The notes beneath the pieces were generated by a model. It was not told the origin of the DNA. It worked only from the letters and a program-made list of their open reading frames with translations, and made no database searches. A stretch of DNA of 64,000 nt, from positions 1,961-65,960 of the forward strand of contig JBBQRX010000014.1 of the NCBI GenBank assembly GCA_038214375.1. Reading direction: 5' to 3'. The position numbers and the translations under genes were made by a program. The stretch comes from Candidatus Limnocylindrales bacterium (GTDB lineage Bacteria; Chloroflexota; Limnocylindria; Limnocylindrales; CSP1-4). The first letter of the stretch is position 1; each line of letters starts with the position of its first letter. This document shows positions 38,827 to 49,259 of this stretch, piece after piece.

Positions 38827-40173
38827 ATGGCGGACGCCCGCCCGTTCCACTGGGAGTACACCCCCGAACCGGTGGCCCGCGAGGTCTTCCGGATCGAGGG
38901 AGGCCGTCCGCTGGCCGGCACGGTCCGGGTCAGCGGCGCGAAGAACGCCGCCCTCAAGCTGCTGGCGGCCTCGGTCCTGACCGGCGAGCGGTGCCGCTTC
39001 ACGAACGTCCCCGAGATCGAGGACGTCCGCGTCATGGTCGCCACGCTGATGGACCTCGGCGTCGTGGTCGACCACCCCGGGCCCGGTGTCTACGAGGTGG
39101 CGTCGGGCGACGTGGACTGGCTGTTCGTCCCGCTCGAGGCGGCCGCGAAGATGCGGGCCAGCTTCATCCTCCTCGGGCCACTCCTCTCGCGCTTCGGCCG
39201 CGTGATCATGAGCAACCCGGGCGGCGACCGGATCGGGCGGCGGCCGGTCAACCTGCACGTGGACGCGATGCGCGCCCTGGGCGCCGAGATCGAGTACCGC
39301 AACGGCTACTACTTCGCCAAGGCGCCCGGCCGGCTCCGCGGCGGGGACGTCACGTTCCCGTTCGTGTCGGTGATGGGGACCGAGAATGCGATGCTGGCCG
39401 CCACCCTTGCCGACGGGCGGACCACGATCCGGCCCGCGGCGCAGGAGCCCGAGGTGGACGACCTGATCGCCTTCCTCCAGAAGATGGGCGCGGCGGTGGA
39501 GCGGGTCGGGCCGGATGCGATCGTCGTGGACGGGAAGCGACGACTACGCGGCGCAGATCACCACGTCATCCCGGACCGGATCGAGGCAGGCACGTTCGTG
39601 GTCGCGGCCGCGGTCGCCGGCGGGCAGGTGACGCTGGAAGGCGCGCCGTGCGAGCATCTCGGCGCGTTCCTCGAGACGGTCGCCGCGATGGGCGTGAACG
39701 TCGCCTGCGGCCGCGACTCGATCGAGGTCCGCGGCATCCCGCCCGGTGAGGGCGCGTACAAGGCCTGCGACGTGGAGACTGCGCCGTACCCGGGCCTCGC
39801 GACGGACCTCCAGTCGCCGGTCAGCGTGCTCCTCACGCGCGGCGAGGGGACCAGCCGCATCCACGAGACGATCTTCGAGGACCGTCTCGAGTGGCTCGGG
39901 GAGCTGGGCCGGATGGGCGCAAGCGTCGAGATCGCGGATTCGCGCCACGCGTCCATCACGGGACCCACGCGGCTGCACGGCGCCGAGGTCTCGATCTCCG
40001 ACCTGCGGGCCGGCGCATCGCTCATCCTGGGTGCGCTCGCCGCCGACGGGACGTCCGTCATCCACGGCGCCCATCACGTGCAGCGCGGCTATGAGAACAT
40101 CGACCGCAAGTTCCACGACCTCGGCGCCCGTATCGAGCGCCTCCCAGAACCGGTGAGCACCCCAACTCCATGA
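38827..40173 (+). CDS. murA: UDP-N-acetylglucosamine 1-carboxyvinyltransferase (Cys-to-Asp type)
   Basis: [45 protein letters not shown]. Confidence 0.96.
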   Translation: MADARPFHWEYTPEPVAREVFRIEGGRPLAGTVRVSGAKNAALKLLAASVLTGERCRFTNVPEIEDVRVMVATLMDLGVVVDHPGPGVYEVASGDVDWLFVPLEAAAKMRASFILLGPLLSRFGRVIMSNPGGDRIGRRPVNLHVDAMRALGAEIEYRNGYYFAKAPGRLRGGDVTFPFVSVMGTENAMLAATLADGRTTIRPAAQEPEVDDLIAFLQKMGAAVERVGPDAIVVDGKRRLRGADHHVIPDRIEAGTFVVAAAVAGGQVTLEGAPCEHLGAFLETVAAMGVNVACGRDSIEVRGIPPGEGAYKACDVETAPYPGLATDLQSPVSVLLTRGEGTSRIHETIFEDRLEWLGELGRMGASVEIADSRHASITGPTRLHGAEVSISDLRAGASLILGALAADGTSVIHGAHHVQRGYENIDRKFHDLGARIERLPEPVSTPTP

Positions 40174-41168
40174 AGATCGGCATCGACCTCGGCACGGCCA
40201 ACGTCATCGTCTACGTCAAGGGCAAGGGCATCGTCATCCAGGAGCCATCCGTCGTCGCGGTCTCCGACGACAACCGCATCGTCGCGGTGGGGGAAGAGGC
40301 CCGCGAGATGATCGGCCGGACGCCCGGCAACATCTCCGCCATCCGGCCGATGAAGGACGGCGTGATCGCCGACTACGTCATCACCGAGGCGATGCTCCGC
40401 TACTTCATCGGGCGCGCCCGGAAGGGCTCCTTCGGGCTGTCGCGGCCCGAGGTGATGATCAGCGTCCCGGCCGGCGTCACGTCGGTCGAGAAGCGGGCCG
40501 TCCGCGATGCGGCGCTCAAGGCCGGCGCCCGCGAGGCGTACCTGATCGAGGAGCCCTTGGCCGCGGCGATCGGGGCGAACGTGCCGATCAGCGGACCGTC
40601 CGGGAACATGATCATCGACATCGGCGGTGGGACCAGCGAGATCGCGGTGATCGCGCTCGGCGGGATCGTCGTGAGCAACAGCCTCCGCGTGGGCGGCAAC
40701 CGCTTCGACGAGTCGATCGCGACGTACATCCGCAAGAAGTACAACCTGATGGTCGGCGACCGGACGGCGGAGGAGGTCAAGATCGCGATCGGAACGGCCC
40801 TGCCGCTCGAACGCGAGCTCCAGATGGAGGTCCGCGGGCGGGACCTGATCGCCGGGCTGCCGCGGACCATCCCGATCACCAGCTCCGAGGTCATGGAGGC
40901 GATCGAGCTCCCGCTCCAGCAGCTGGTCCAGGCGGTCCGCAGCGTGCTCGAGCAGACGCCGCCCGAGCTGAGCTCGGACATCATCGACAAGGGGATGGTG
41001 ATGTCCGGCGGCGGCTCGCTCCTCCGCAACATCGACCGGCTCCTGACGCAGGTGACGGGCGTGCCCTGCCACGTCGCCGAGAACGCGCTCAACTGCGTCG
41101 CGCTCGGAACGGGCCTTGCCCTGGAGCACTTCGACTTCTTCAAGAAGTCGCTCGTCCAGCAGATCTGA
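40170..41168 (+). CDS. mreB: Rod shape-determining actin MreB (Mbl-like position)
   Basis: [31 protein letters not shown]. Confidence 0.95.
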   Translation: MKIGIDLGTANVIVYVKGKGIVIQEPSVVAVSDDNRIVAVGEEAREMIGRTPGNISAIRPMKDGVIADYVITEAMLRYFIGRARKGSFGLSRPEVMISVPAGVTSVEKRAVRDAALKAGAREAYLIEEPLAAAIGANVPISGPSGNMIIDIGGGTSEIAVIALGGIVVSNSLRVGGNRFDESIATYIRKKYNLMVGDRTAEEVKIAIGTALPLERELQMEVRGRDLIAGLPRTIPITSSEVMEAIELPLQQLVQAVRSVLEQTPPELSSDIIDKGMVMSGGGSLLRNIDRLLTQVTGVPCHVAENALNCVALGTGLALEHFDFFKKSLVQQI

Positions 41169-41176
41169 CCGCATTC

Positions 41177-41935
41177 GTGGATACACGCGAGGCGGGGGAT
41201 CCCCACGGGGCGGCAGACCGAGCAGCCCCAGAGTCCGTCGCGTTCCTCGACCTTCACTGTCACACGAACGCATCGTTCGATTGCCTCTCGGATCCCGTCA
41301 AGGTGACGCGCGCGGCCGAGCGGCGGGGGATCACGCACCTTGCGATCACCGACCATGACCGGATCGACGGCGCGCTCCGGGCGCGCGACGGCGCACCAGA
41401 CGGCCTGATCGTGATCGTCGGGGAGGAGGTCAGGACCGCGTCGGGCGACCTGATCTGCCTCTTCCTGGAGTCCGCGATTCCTTCCGGCCTGCCGCCGGCC
41501 GAGACGATTGCGCTCGTTCGCGAGCAGGGCGGCCTGGTCGGCATCCCGCATCCGTTCGACAGGCACCGCAGCTCGATGGCGAACGTCGCCGACGAGCTCG
41601 ACGCCCTCGCCGCGCTCGTGGACTGGGTCGAGGCGTACAACGCGCGGGTCGTCTTCAGCGAAGGCAACGAGCGCGCACAGGCGTTCGCGCTGCGCTCGGG
41701 CCTCCCCGGGGTGGCAGTCTCGGATGCCCACTCGCTCCTCGAGGTCGGGGTCGCTTCCACCCGTGTCGTCGGCACCCCGTCGACGCCGTCCGGGCTCCTC
41801 GAGGCGCTGGCGACCGCGGAGGTCCAGCCCGGCCACGCCACGTACTTCGCGCGCAGCCTGACGCCGTTCGCGAAGCTGGTCCAGCGCGCCCGGGGAAACG
41901 GCCGCGCGCCGCGCGCCCCGACCGGCGAGCGGTGA
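41177..41935 (+). CDS. PHP domain metal-dependent phosphoesterase
   Basis: DLHCHT, ITDHD, GEE, HPF, SDAH. Confidence 0.88.
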   Translation: MDTREAGDPHGAADRAAPESVAFLDLHCHTNASFDCLSDPVKVTRAAERRGITHLAITDHDRIDGALRARDGAPDGLIVIVGEEVRTASGDLICLFLESAIPSGLPPAETIALVREQGGLVGIPHPFDRHRSSMANVADELDALAALVDWVEAYNARVVFSEGNERAQAFALRSGLPGVAVSDAHSLLEVGVASTRVVGTPSTPSGLLEALATAEVQPGHATYFARSLTPFAKLVQRARGNGRAPRAPTGER

Positions 41936-43155
41936 TGACGACCGCTCCTCCGACCGACCCGCGCAACGCGGACGAGCCGGGCGATGCCGACGAGGCTGGG
42001 CCCGCCTCCGCCTCCGGGGCCGCCCCCGGAGCCGTGGTCGCGGAGACCGGCGCCCCCACCGCCGCCCACGCCGCCTCCGCCGCCGACGCCGCATCCGCCG
42101 ACGCCACCGGCGCCGCCGAGACCGGGGCCGACCAGCTCTCGCTCGGCCGCCGCCTGCGCCAGCCCCGGACGATCCTGAGCCTCGTCGCCCCGCTGATCCT
42201 GCTGGTGCTCGTCTTTCGCGTCGCGCTGAACGTGAACGTGGAGGAGCTGGTCGCCGCGGTTCGAGCGGCGAACCCGGTCCTCCTCCTGGCAGCGTTCCTC
42301 GTCTTCTATGCCGGCTTCCCGCTGCGGGGCGTTCGCTGGGTGCTCCTCCTCCGGGGAGCGAGCTTCCGGCTGGGTGCGATGGACGCCACCCGCATCCTCT
42401 TCCTCTCGTGGCTGGTGAACTGCCTCGTGCCCGCGAAGCTCGGCGACGTCTACCGCGCCTACCTCCTCAAGATCAACAGCACCGCATCGCTCTCGCGCAC
42501 CTTCGGAACGGTCTTCATCGAGCGGATCCTCGACCTTTTCGCAATCGCGATCCTGGGCCTGGCGGCCGGCTTCTGGAGCTTCCGGAACGGGCTGCCGCCA
42601 TCGATCCAGGTGGTCTTCGCGATCGGCGTCGGGGTCGTGGTGATCCTGGCCCTGCTGCTCCTGACGCTGCGCAACTTCGGGCGGCGGATCCTGGTCCGGC
42701 TGCCGATCCCGCGCCGCGAGCGACTCCTGGGCCTCTACGACCGGTTCGAGGAGGGCGTCTTCGGAGCCGTCGGAATCCGGGCGCTGCCGGGCCTCGTGGT
42801 GGTGACCGGGCTCATCTGGGCGACCGAGGCCATGCGGCTCTACTTCGTCGTCCAGGCGCTCGGCTTCCATGGCGTCGCGCTGGGCATCTCCGGGGCGTTC
42901 TTCGTGGCCCTGATCGGCTCGCTCCTCACCGCGGTCCCGCTCAGCCCGGCCGGCCTGGGGATCGTGGAGCTCGGCGTCGTCGGCGTGCTGACCGCCGCGT
43001 ACGGCATCCCGCTGACACAGGCGACGACGATCGCGCTGGTGGACCGGACGATCAGCGTCTTCTCGATCATCGTGCTCGGGGGGATCTTCTACGCCATCTC
43101 GCCGCTGCGCCGGGGCGGCGGGCACGTCGGCGAGGAGATCGTCGCCCGAACCTGA
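41932..43155 (+). CDS. UPF0104 / lysylphosphatidylglycerol-synthase-TM flippase-like protein
   Basis: RW, VPAKLGDVYR, ERILD, PLSPAGLGIVE, DR motifs; multi-TM. Confidence 0.85.
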   Translation: MMTTAPPTDPRNADEPGDADEAGPASASGAAPGAVVAETGAPTAAHAASAADAASADATGAAETGADQLSLGRRLRQPRTILSLVAPLILLVLVFRVALNVNVEELVAAVRAANPVLLLAAFLVFYAGFPLRGVRWVLLLRGASFRLGAMDATRILFLSWLVNCLVPAKLGDVYRAYLLKINSTASLSRTFGTVFIERILDLFAIAILGLAAGFWSFRNGLPPSIQVVFAIGVGVVVILALLLLTLRNFGRRILVRLPIPRRERLLGLYDRFEEGVFGAVGIRALPGLVVVTGLIWATEAMRLYFVVQALGFHGVALGISGAFFVALIGSLLTAVPLSPAGLGIVELGVVGVLTAAYGIPLTQATTIALVDRTISVFSIIVLGGIFYAISPLRRGGGHVGEEIVART

Positions 43156-43271
43156 TTCATGCCGACCGGCGTGCCCCGGGAGTACCAACGGGTCATGGTT
43201 CCGCGCCGCGCCACTTCCGATAGTGACCACGACGCGGTTCCCCCGCGTGACCAGGGAGCGCTCAGCCGAAC

Positions 43272-43793
43272 ATGACCACGCAGATCGGTCGACCCTTTAA
43301 CGAGTGGCTTCGAGCCCAGCTCAAGGCAAAGAAGATGTCCCAGCGCCAGCTTGCGCAGGCGTCGGGCGTGGACCATTCGACGATCTCGCGCCTCGTGCGA
43401 GGCGATCGGACGCCCTCGCTCGGGACCGCGACCGCGCTCGCCCGCGGCCTCCGCGAGATCCACGACGATGCGGACGCCCCGCAGTACCTCGGACTCGTCT
43501 CCGGCGGCACGACGATGAACCCGACGGCCCGCATCGAGTACGCCCTCCGCGCCGACGAGGCGCTCGGCGAGGCGCAGGTCCGGCAGGTCATGGAGTACTA
43601 CCTGGCCGTCCGCATGCGCCGGTACGCGCGTCCCGTGGCGCCGACATCGACCCGACCCCTCTACCCGCCGAACCCGGCCCGCCAGGGCGTGACCGCGCTC
43701 GCCTCCGTCGTCGGCGGATCGTCGGTGCCCGACCGCGGGATCCTGGCCGCTCGACCGTCGAGCATCCTGACCCGGCGGCCGTCGACCCGCTGA
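43272..43793 (+). CDS. XRE-family HTH transcriptional regulator
   Basis: MSQRQLAQASGVDHSTISRLVRGDRTPSL. Confidence 0.85.
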   Translation: MTTQIGRPFNEWLRAQLKAKKMSQRQLAQASGVDHSTISRLVRGDRTPSLGTATALARGLREIHDDADAPQYLGLVSGGTTMNPTARIEYALRADEALGEAQVRQVMEYYLAVRMRRYARPVAPTSTRPLYPPNPARQGVTALASVVGGSSVPDRGILAARPSSILTRRPSTR

Positions 43794-43836
43794 GCCGGAG
43801 AGTCTCGCCGCCGGTGGGTCCCTCCGCTTCGCGGGG

Positions 43837-45420
43837 CTACCGGGCGGCGCGCTCGTAGACCGAGATCGTTCGGCCGGGAGCGGGCTCGAAGCGATCCAGG
43901 AGCACCGGCCCGACGACGCCCGCTCGATCCAGCGCAGCGGCCTCCGCCGGGCCCCGGCATGCAGCGCCCACGACGTGCTCGAACAGGTCGTCGCAGATGA
44001 CGACCACACGGCGTGCGGCCGACACGTCCACCGGCGTGATGCCCAGCAACCCGAGCGGGTACGAGTACGCCGTGACAGGCTTGAACGGCGGCACGTCCAG
44101 GAGCGCGGTCGGGACGTCCCGGAGCTCCGGCTCCAGCCGGGCAGCGGCCGCCCGCGCCGCGGGCCAGTCTCCGTTCGCCGCCACGGCCGGAGGCTGCGTG
44201 CCCAGGTTCCACGCGACGAGCGCCGTCACGCCGACGACCGCGAGGCCGCGCCCGACCTGGTCACGCTTCCAGAGCGCCGCCGCGCCGAGGGCAACCAAGA
44301 CGATCACCGCGGGATCCACGAAGGCGTGGTAATGGTCCACCGGGAGCGGCGTCACGGTCGCCAGCGACGAGATGAAGAGCGTCAGCAGGAGAGTCGAGGA
44401 GACGACCCAGCCCGCCAGCCAGCGCGTCGCGGTTGCCTCCTCGCCGCGTGATGCCATGACCCGCCATCCCACGAGCGCGACGGCCCCGACCACGGCGATC
44501 ACTGCGACTGCCGGGGCATCGGTCACCAGGCCGACGAGCGGCCAGGCGGCGACCCGCAGCGGCACGAAGAAGAGCCGGAAGGCGAAGCCGGGTCCCGACG
44601 CGTCGCCGCCGGCACGCAGGTAGTCGAGCGCCGCCCGCGTCTGATCGAACCCTGATCCCACTTCGTGCACCAGGAGCGGGAGATAGCCGAGCGCGATCAC
44701 GACCCCGGCCGCGAGTCCCCAGCGGACGATCGATCCCCGGCGATCCGGCGCGCGTCGAAGGTCATCCAGCCACAGGGCCATGAGCGCCGGGAGCGCCACG
44801 ATTCCGAGGAGGTGGGCCTGCTGGACCACCGCCTGGGCGGCGCCCGCGGCCAGCCACCAGCGCGCGTCGTGCGAGGTCCAGGCACGCCACCCGAAGGCGA
44901 TCGCCAGCGCGGCCGCGAGTGGCAGGAGGTTCGGGTTCCAGATGAAGGTCGAGCCGCCGACCGCCGTGGCCGAGGTGGCGGCGAGCAGGCCCGCGACCAG
45001 CCCGGCCACGGGGCCGCCCATCGCGCGGCCGACCCACCAGGCGACGCCGACCGCAACGATCCCGGCCAGCGCGATCCAGAGCACCACGGCGGTCGGGTCC
45101 GTGCCGCCGCCCGGGATCGCGGCCGGGGAGAGCAGGTAGTAGTAGAGCGCCCCGTGATGGACGTTGCCGATCGACGTCTGCGGACCCAGGAGCGGCACGA
45201 CGCCATGGGTGACGAACGCCTGGAGCGTCGCCATGTCCACGCCCTGGTCGGAGTCCCACCCGCCGCGCTCAGCGAGACCCGGCAGCCGCAGGAGCGCGGC
45301 GATGAGAACGACGCCCGCGAGGACGGCGAGATCACGTGTCCGCGCCCCGAGGCGTGTCACGCGGCTCAAGGCGTGCGTTCCGATCACGCCGGCCCGGCCG
45401 AGCGGGCGCGGTCGCCGCAT
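43837..45420 (-). CDS. GT-C fold membrane glycosyltransferase (ArnT/PMT-like)
   Basis: ALLRL...WDSDQG, PLLGP, GALYYYL, WNPNLLP; many TMs. Start uncertain. Confidence 0.75.
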   Translation of the reverse strand: MRRPRPLGRAGVIGTHALSRVTRLGARTRDLAVLAGVVLIAALLRLPGLAERGGWDSDQGVDMATLQAFVTHGVVPLLGPQTSIGNVHHGALYYYLLSPAAIPGGGTDPTAVVLWIALAGIVAVGVAWWVGRAMGGPVAGLVAGLLAATSATAVGGSTFIWNPNLLPLAAALAIAFGWRAWTSHDARWWLAAGAAQAVVQQAHLLGIVALPALMALWLDDLRRAPDRRGSIVRWGLAAGVVIALGYLPLLVHEVGSGFDQTRAALDYLRAGGDASGPGFAFRLFFVPLRVAAWPLVGLVTDAPAVAVIAVVGAVALVGWRVMASRGEEATATRWLAGWVVSSTLLLTLFISSLATVTPLPVDHYHAFVDPAVIVLVALGAAALWKRDQVGRGLAVVGVTALVAWNLGTQPPAVAANGDWPAARAAAARLEPELRDVPTALLDVPPFKPVTAYSYPLGLLGITPVDVSAARRVVVICDDLFEHVVGAACRGPAEAAALDRAGVVGPVLLDRFEPAPGRTISVYERAAR

Positions 45421-45460
45421 TGCGTCACCGACGCGGGCGCAGGGTAGCCGTGCGTCCCGG

Positions 45461-46450
45461 TCACGCGGGCCCGGCCGAGCGGGCGCGGCTGCCGCGCATC
45501 TCCAGCGCTTCCGGCGGCAGTGCCGGCGGCCGCACCCCGGCCGCGAGGTCCCGCGCCCGCTCGATGTTGACCGCGTCGTAGCCATCGTCCATCCCGGGCG
45601 TCTCGAGGTAGAACGCGACGTGGGCCAGCGCGGGGTGGGTCAGGATCCGGGCCAGCCCGTCGCCACCGATCTCGCCGGCGGCAAGGTGCTGGTGCCGATC
45701 CCCGCGCGACGCAAACCCCACCCTGGAGTCGTTGAGGTGGACCATCGCGAGCCGCTGGAGGCCGATCCGGGTCGCAAACGCCTCCACGAGCGCATCGACG
45801 TCCTCGCCAGTCCCGATCGCGACCCCCGCGCCCCAGAGGTGGGCCGTGTCGAGGCAGAGCCCGACCCGGGCGGTCGCGACGCCCCGCGCCCCGATCGCGT
45901 CGAGGATCCGGGCGAGCTCGTCCACGGTCGTGCCCAGTCCGTCGCCGCTCCCCGCCGAGTTCTCGAGGACCAGCGTGGCGGCGTCGGGGCCCGCGGTCGT
46001 GTCGGCCAGGACGCGGGCGACGCCGTCCGCGAGCCGCTGGATCCCGGCATCGACGCCCGCGCCACGGTGCGAGCCAACGTGCACGTTGACGAACCGGGCC
46101 CCGTACGCCGGTGCCACCGCGAGCTCCCGCGACAGGACGCCGATCGAGCGCTCGAAGAGGTCCGGGTCCGGCCCTGCCAGGTTCACGAGGTACGCGGCAT
46201 GGATGGCGAGCGGCCCGAGACCCAGCTCCGCGACCTTCGACCGGAACGCCGGCAGCTCGTCCGGGAGGCCGTCCCGTCGGCGCCACGCGGTCGGGTTGTC
46301 GGCGAAGAGCTGGAGGCTGTCGGCACCGATCGCGCCGGCGCGCTCCGCAGCCCGCACCATCCCCGGCCCGAGCGGCAGGTGCGCCCCCAACCGCCGACCG
46401 CCGGGCAGCGCGGGGCGGGGCTCGGCCGACGGCAACGAGCCAGACGTCAT
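45461..46450 (-). CDS. nfo: Endonuclease IV
   Basis: HAAYLVNL, HVGS, LENSAG, CLDTAH, HLNDS, DRH, LETP metal ligands; ATG overlaps the HEPN stop. Confidence 0.93.
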   Translation of the reverse strand: MTSGSLPSAEPRPALPGGRRLGAHLPLGPGMVRAAERAGAIGADSLQLFADNPTAWRRRDGLPDELPAFRSKVAELGLGPLAIHAAYLVNLAGPDPDLFERSIGVLSRELAVAPAYGARFVNVHVGSHRGAGVDAGIQRLADGVARVLADTTAGPDAATLVLENSAGSGDGLGTTVDELARILDAIGARGVATARVGLCLDTAHLWGAGVAIGTGEDVDALVEAFATRIGLQRLAMVHLNDSRVGFASRGDRHQHLAAGEIGGDGLARILTHPALAHVAFYLETPGMDDGYDAVNIERARDLAAGVRPPALPPEALEMRGSRARSAGPA

Positions 46451-46878
46451 GGCGCGGCCGCGACGATCTGACGAGCACCCGCGACCAGGCGACGCGCCCA
46501 TGTGACCGCCGATTCGGCCTCGTCCCCCGGGAGGATCAACATTCCATACTGCGCATTGCCCTTCAGGCCGAGCAGACGTCTCAGGTCGCGGGCCAACTGG
46601 TCTCCGCCAGGGTTGACCAGTTGAAGCAATGCCACCGCCTCCTCGTGGTCCTGCCCACGTGCCCGCTGTTTCAATGCCGCGCAGCATGCCGCATCAGACG
46701 CAGCGATCCCGGCGAGCACCGCGAGTGATGCCGCGACACTGGACAGTGCGAGGAGTGGATCGTCAGCCTGCTCGCGCACCAGGTCCGCGACGAACAGGAA
46801 GGAGTCGGCATGCCGAAGACGGATGCGGGCGTCATCGAGGTTGCAGGGCGCTGAGCGTCCGCGCATTCGAGGGCTCAC
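46447..46878 (-). CDS. HEPN-like protein (partner of the MNT)
   Basis: All-helical; SLAVLAGIAASDA, DH...LL, LLGLKGNAQYG (degenerate Rx4H/Y); directly downstream of the MNT. Confidence 0.65.
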   Translation of the reverse strand: MSPRMRGRSAPCNLDDARIRLRHADSFLFVADLVREQADDPLLALSSVAASLAVLAGIAASDAACCAALKQRARGQDHEEAVALLQLVNPGGDQLARDLRRLLGLKGNAQYGMLILPGDEAESAVTWARRLVAGARQIVAAAP

Positions 46879-47513
46879 GGTGTCCTGACCTCCGTCGAAG
46901 ACGATGCAAGGAGGCTACGAAGGTTTGAGCCGGCGAGGTGAACACCGTCATCGAGCCAGGCGTCAACGAGCGGGTCGTGGGCTGCGACATGTTCCAGCAG
47001 GCGGCTGCGCCCGATGTCGAATGCATGGCAGCGGTTACCCGTCCACCTGGGAACGCCGTCCCGAAGGCGGTCGACCTGCTCGTCCCACCTTTCGGCGAAG
47101 TCGATCTCGTCGGGCCTGATCAACAGCAGATCGATATCGCTCGAGCTGTCACCATCGCCGCGCGCGGCGCTTCCGAATATCGAGGCATGCAGGGCCGCGA
47201 TCGGCCAGGCGGTGATCTCCATGCTGAGCCGAGCCTGGAGCGCGACCCGAAGCCGAACCATGCTTTCCAGGGCGGGCCACGCCAGGTGGTCACGGTTTGC
47301 CCGGTAGAACACTGCGTTGCTTCGCTCGTCGGCAAGGACGATCCCCTGGGCGACCAGGCGACGCAGGACCAGTCGCACGCCACGCGTGCTCCCGACGCCG
47401 GCAAGCCGGTTAACCTCCCGGCCGCTCAGCGGCCGGGAGGTTCCTGCGAGCGTCTCGATAACGGGGGCGTCAAGGGTAGGAATGACCCCCCGGAGCGGAT
47501 GGGAGACATCCAT
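46875..47513 (-). CDS. wHTH + minimal nucleotidyltransferase (MNT) domain protein
   Basis: N-terminal HTH (LSGREVNRLAG...LRRLVAQGIV); IFGSAARGDGDSSSDIDLLLI. Confidence 0.85.
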   Translation of the reverse strand: MDVSHPLRGVIPTLDAPVIETLAGTSRPLSGREVNRLAGVGSTRGVRLVLRRLVAQGIVLADERSNAVFYRANRDHLAWPALESMVRLRVALQARLSMEITAWPIAALHASIFGSAARGDGDSSSDIDLLLIRPDEIDFAERWDEQVDRLRDGVPRWTGNRCHAFDIGRSRLLEHVAAHDPLVDAWLDDGVHLAGSNLRSLLASSSTEVRTP

Positions 47514-47519
47514 GAGTGG

Positions 47520-47547
47520 ATACTATGCTATTCACATGGATAGTCAA
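47520..47547 (-). promoter_or_regulatory. Leaderless promoter TTGACT-N16-TAGTAT with overlapping inverted repeat (putative operator)
   Basis: -10 is 6 nt from the ATG; imperfect palindrome CTATTCA-CA-TGGATAG at 47528-47543. Confidence 0.6.
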
Positions 47548-47742
47548 GTACTCACATAAGGGTTGATCGTCCACCGGGGGGAAGAACCAAGGGTGCGGCT
47601 CGCGGCTTCGCGTAGCGTGCCAACGGCAGAGGGGAGGTCCAAGAGAGCAGCCGGTTAACGCCGACGTTTTCGGACACCGACACGTTGTTCAGTGCGATCT
47701 CCGTCCTCTGGTCACTCGCGGCCCGGTCTGGCCCTGGGCGCC

Positions 47743-48330
47743 TCAGCGGGCCCGGGGCGCCTTGCTCGACGTGTAGTCGCCGGCGACGATCGGTTCGATC
47801 AGTCCGAAGTCGCCGTCGCGGCGCCGGTACAGCACGTTCACCCGCTCGTTCTCCGCGTTCACGAAGACGAAGAAGGCGTGCCCGAGCGACTCCATCTCGG
47901 CGATCGCGTCCTCCTCGAACATCGGCTGGATCGCAAAGCGCTTCGACTTGACCACGCGGCGCTCACGCTCGACGTCGGCGGTCCCGTCCGCGATCTTCGC
48001 CAGAATCTCCTTCTCCTCGGGCCCGCGGGCCCGGACGCGCGGCTTCTCGCGGTGATCCACGGCGCGCCGTTCCACCTTGTCCACGACATCGTCGATGGCC
48101 GCTTCGTACGTCACTGCGTCAGCCCGACCGCGCAGCGGCTGGCCATCGATGACCAGGGTCACCTCTGCGATCCGCGAGTCGTCGGTGCTCCGGTGATGCT
48201 CGACTGAGATCTCGAGAATCGCGTCCGTCCGGTCATCGAGGAAGCGCTCCAGGCGTCGCATCTTCCGCTCGGCGTACTGCCGCACGGCATCCGGGACGTC
48301 GAGGTTCTTGCCCTTGACGATCGTCCTCAC
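47743..48330 (-). CDS. hpf: Ribosome hibernation promoting factor (long HPF)
   Basis: MRTIVKGKNLDVPDAVRQYAERK, AAIDDVVDK, C-domain PMFEEDAIAEMESLGHAFFVF...YRRRDGDFGLIE; GGAGGT SD. Confidence 0.93.
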   Translation of the reverse strand: MRTIVKGKNLDVPDAVRQYAERKMRRLERFLDDRTDAILEISVEHHRSTDDSRIAEVTLVIDGQPLRGRADAVTYEAAIDDVVDKVERRAVDHREKPRVRARGPEEKEILAKIADGTADVERERRVVKSKRFAIQPMFEEDAIAEMESLGHAFFVFVNAENERVNVLYRRRDGDFGLIEPIVAGDYTSSKAPRAR

Positions 48331-48460
48331 GGGTGACCTCCAGGGTGGCGGCGCCCGCGACGCGAGGAGCGACGCGAGCGACCAGCAGGCGTGGCCCGAG
48401 TATAGTCCCGACCCCCCGCGGCTCGATCGGCAGGGCTGAATCGGCGGCCCGATCGGCGGG

Positions 48461-49156
48461 TCACGCCTCGCGCGCCACCGTGCACGCGGAGACACCCGAC
48501 GCGCCTGCCGCGAGGAGCGCGTTCGCGCACGCGACGAGCGTCGCGCCGGTCGTGGCCACGTCGTCAATGAGCACGACCCAGCGTCCCGCCACGACCCGCC
48601 GCGACGCGTCCTGCACGCGAAAGGCGTCCGCAACGTTCTCGGCCCGGCGCTCGCGCCCGAGCTCGAACTGCGGTCGGGTCGCGCGATCACGCGCCAGCGC
48701 CACGACGGCCGAGAGCCGGAGATGCGCCGCGGCCGCGTCGGCGAGCAGGACCGCCTGGTCGTAGCCGCGCCGGCGCCGACGCTCCTCGTGGATCGGGACC
48801 GGGACCAGCATCTCGCCGCCCGCCCCCGCCTCGGCCCAGCGAGCCGCGATCGCAGAACCGAGCGGCTCCGCCAGCCGCCGCTCACCCGCGTACTTGAGCG
48901 CATGGAGCGCATTCCGCACGACGCCCGAAAACGGCGCGCACCACTCCAGCTGGAGCAGTGGCAACGGCACGGTCGACGGCAGCCCGAGCGGCACGCCCGG
49001 CGGCGTTCCCCGCCGAGCATCGAGCGCGGGCAGGCATTCCGCGCAGATGGGAGCGCCCTCCACGCCGCAGCCGGCGCAGACCGCCGGGAATGCCGCGTCG
49101 AGGAGGCGCGCGGCGACCCGGGATGGGGAGGCGAACAGGAACTTGGACGTGAGCAT
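48461..49156 (-). CDS. comF: ComF family protein (Zn finger + PRTase)
   Basis: FPAVCAGC...CAEC, LKY, VPVPIH...RRRGYDQA, LIDDVATTGAT. Confidence 0.9.
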   Translation of the reverse strand: MLTSKFLFASPSRVAARLLDAAFPAVCAGCGVEGAPICAECLPALDARRGTPPGVPLGLPSTVPLPLLQLEWCAPFSGVVRNALHALKYAGERRLAEPLGSAIAARWAEAGAGGEMLVPVPIHEERRRRRGYDQAVLLADAAAAHLRLSAVVALARDRATRPQFELGRERRAENVADAFRVQDASRRVVAGRWVVLIDDVATTGATLVACANALLAAGASGVSACTVAREA

Positions 49157-49259
49157 TTCCTGCGATGGTGACGTCGGGCGCTCACCGCGCGCGTATCGGC
49201 GCATGCACGGCGAGTTCATTCGCGCGGTCGGGCGGCATGGGCGACGGCTGCCCGTGCCC

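Noticed and set aside
47615-47675. attC-like remnant (gccaac...ggttaacgccgacgtt) beside the MNT-HEPN pair
   Set aside because: R' does not fit GTTRRRY, the arms pair poorly and no integrase is nearby; needs IntegronFinder.
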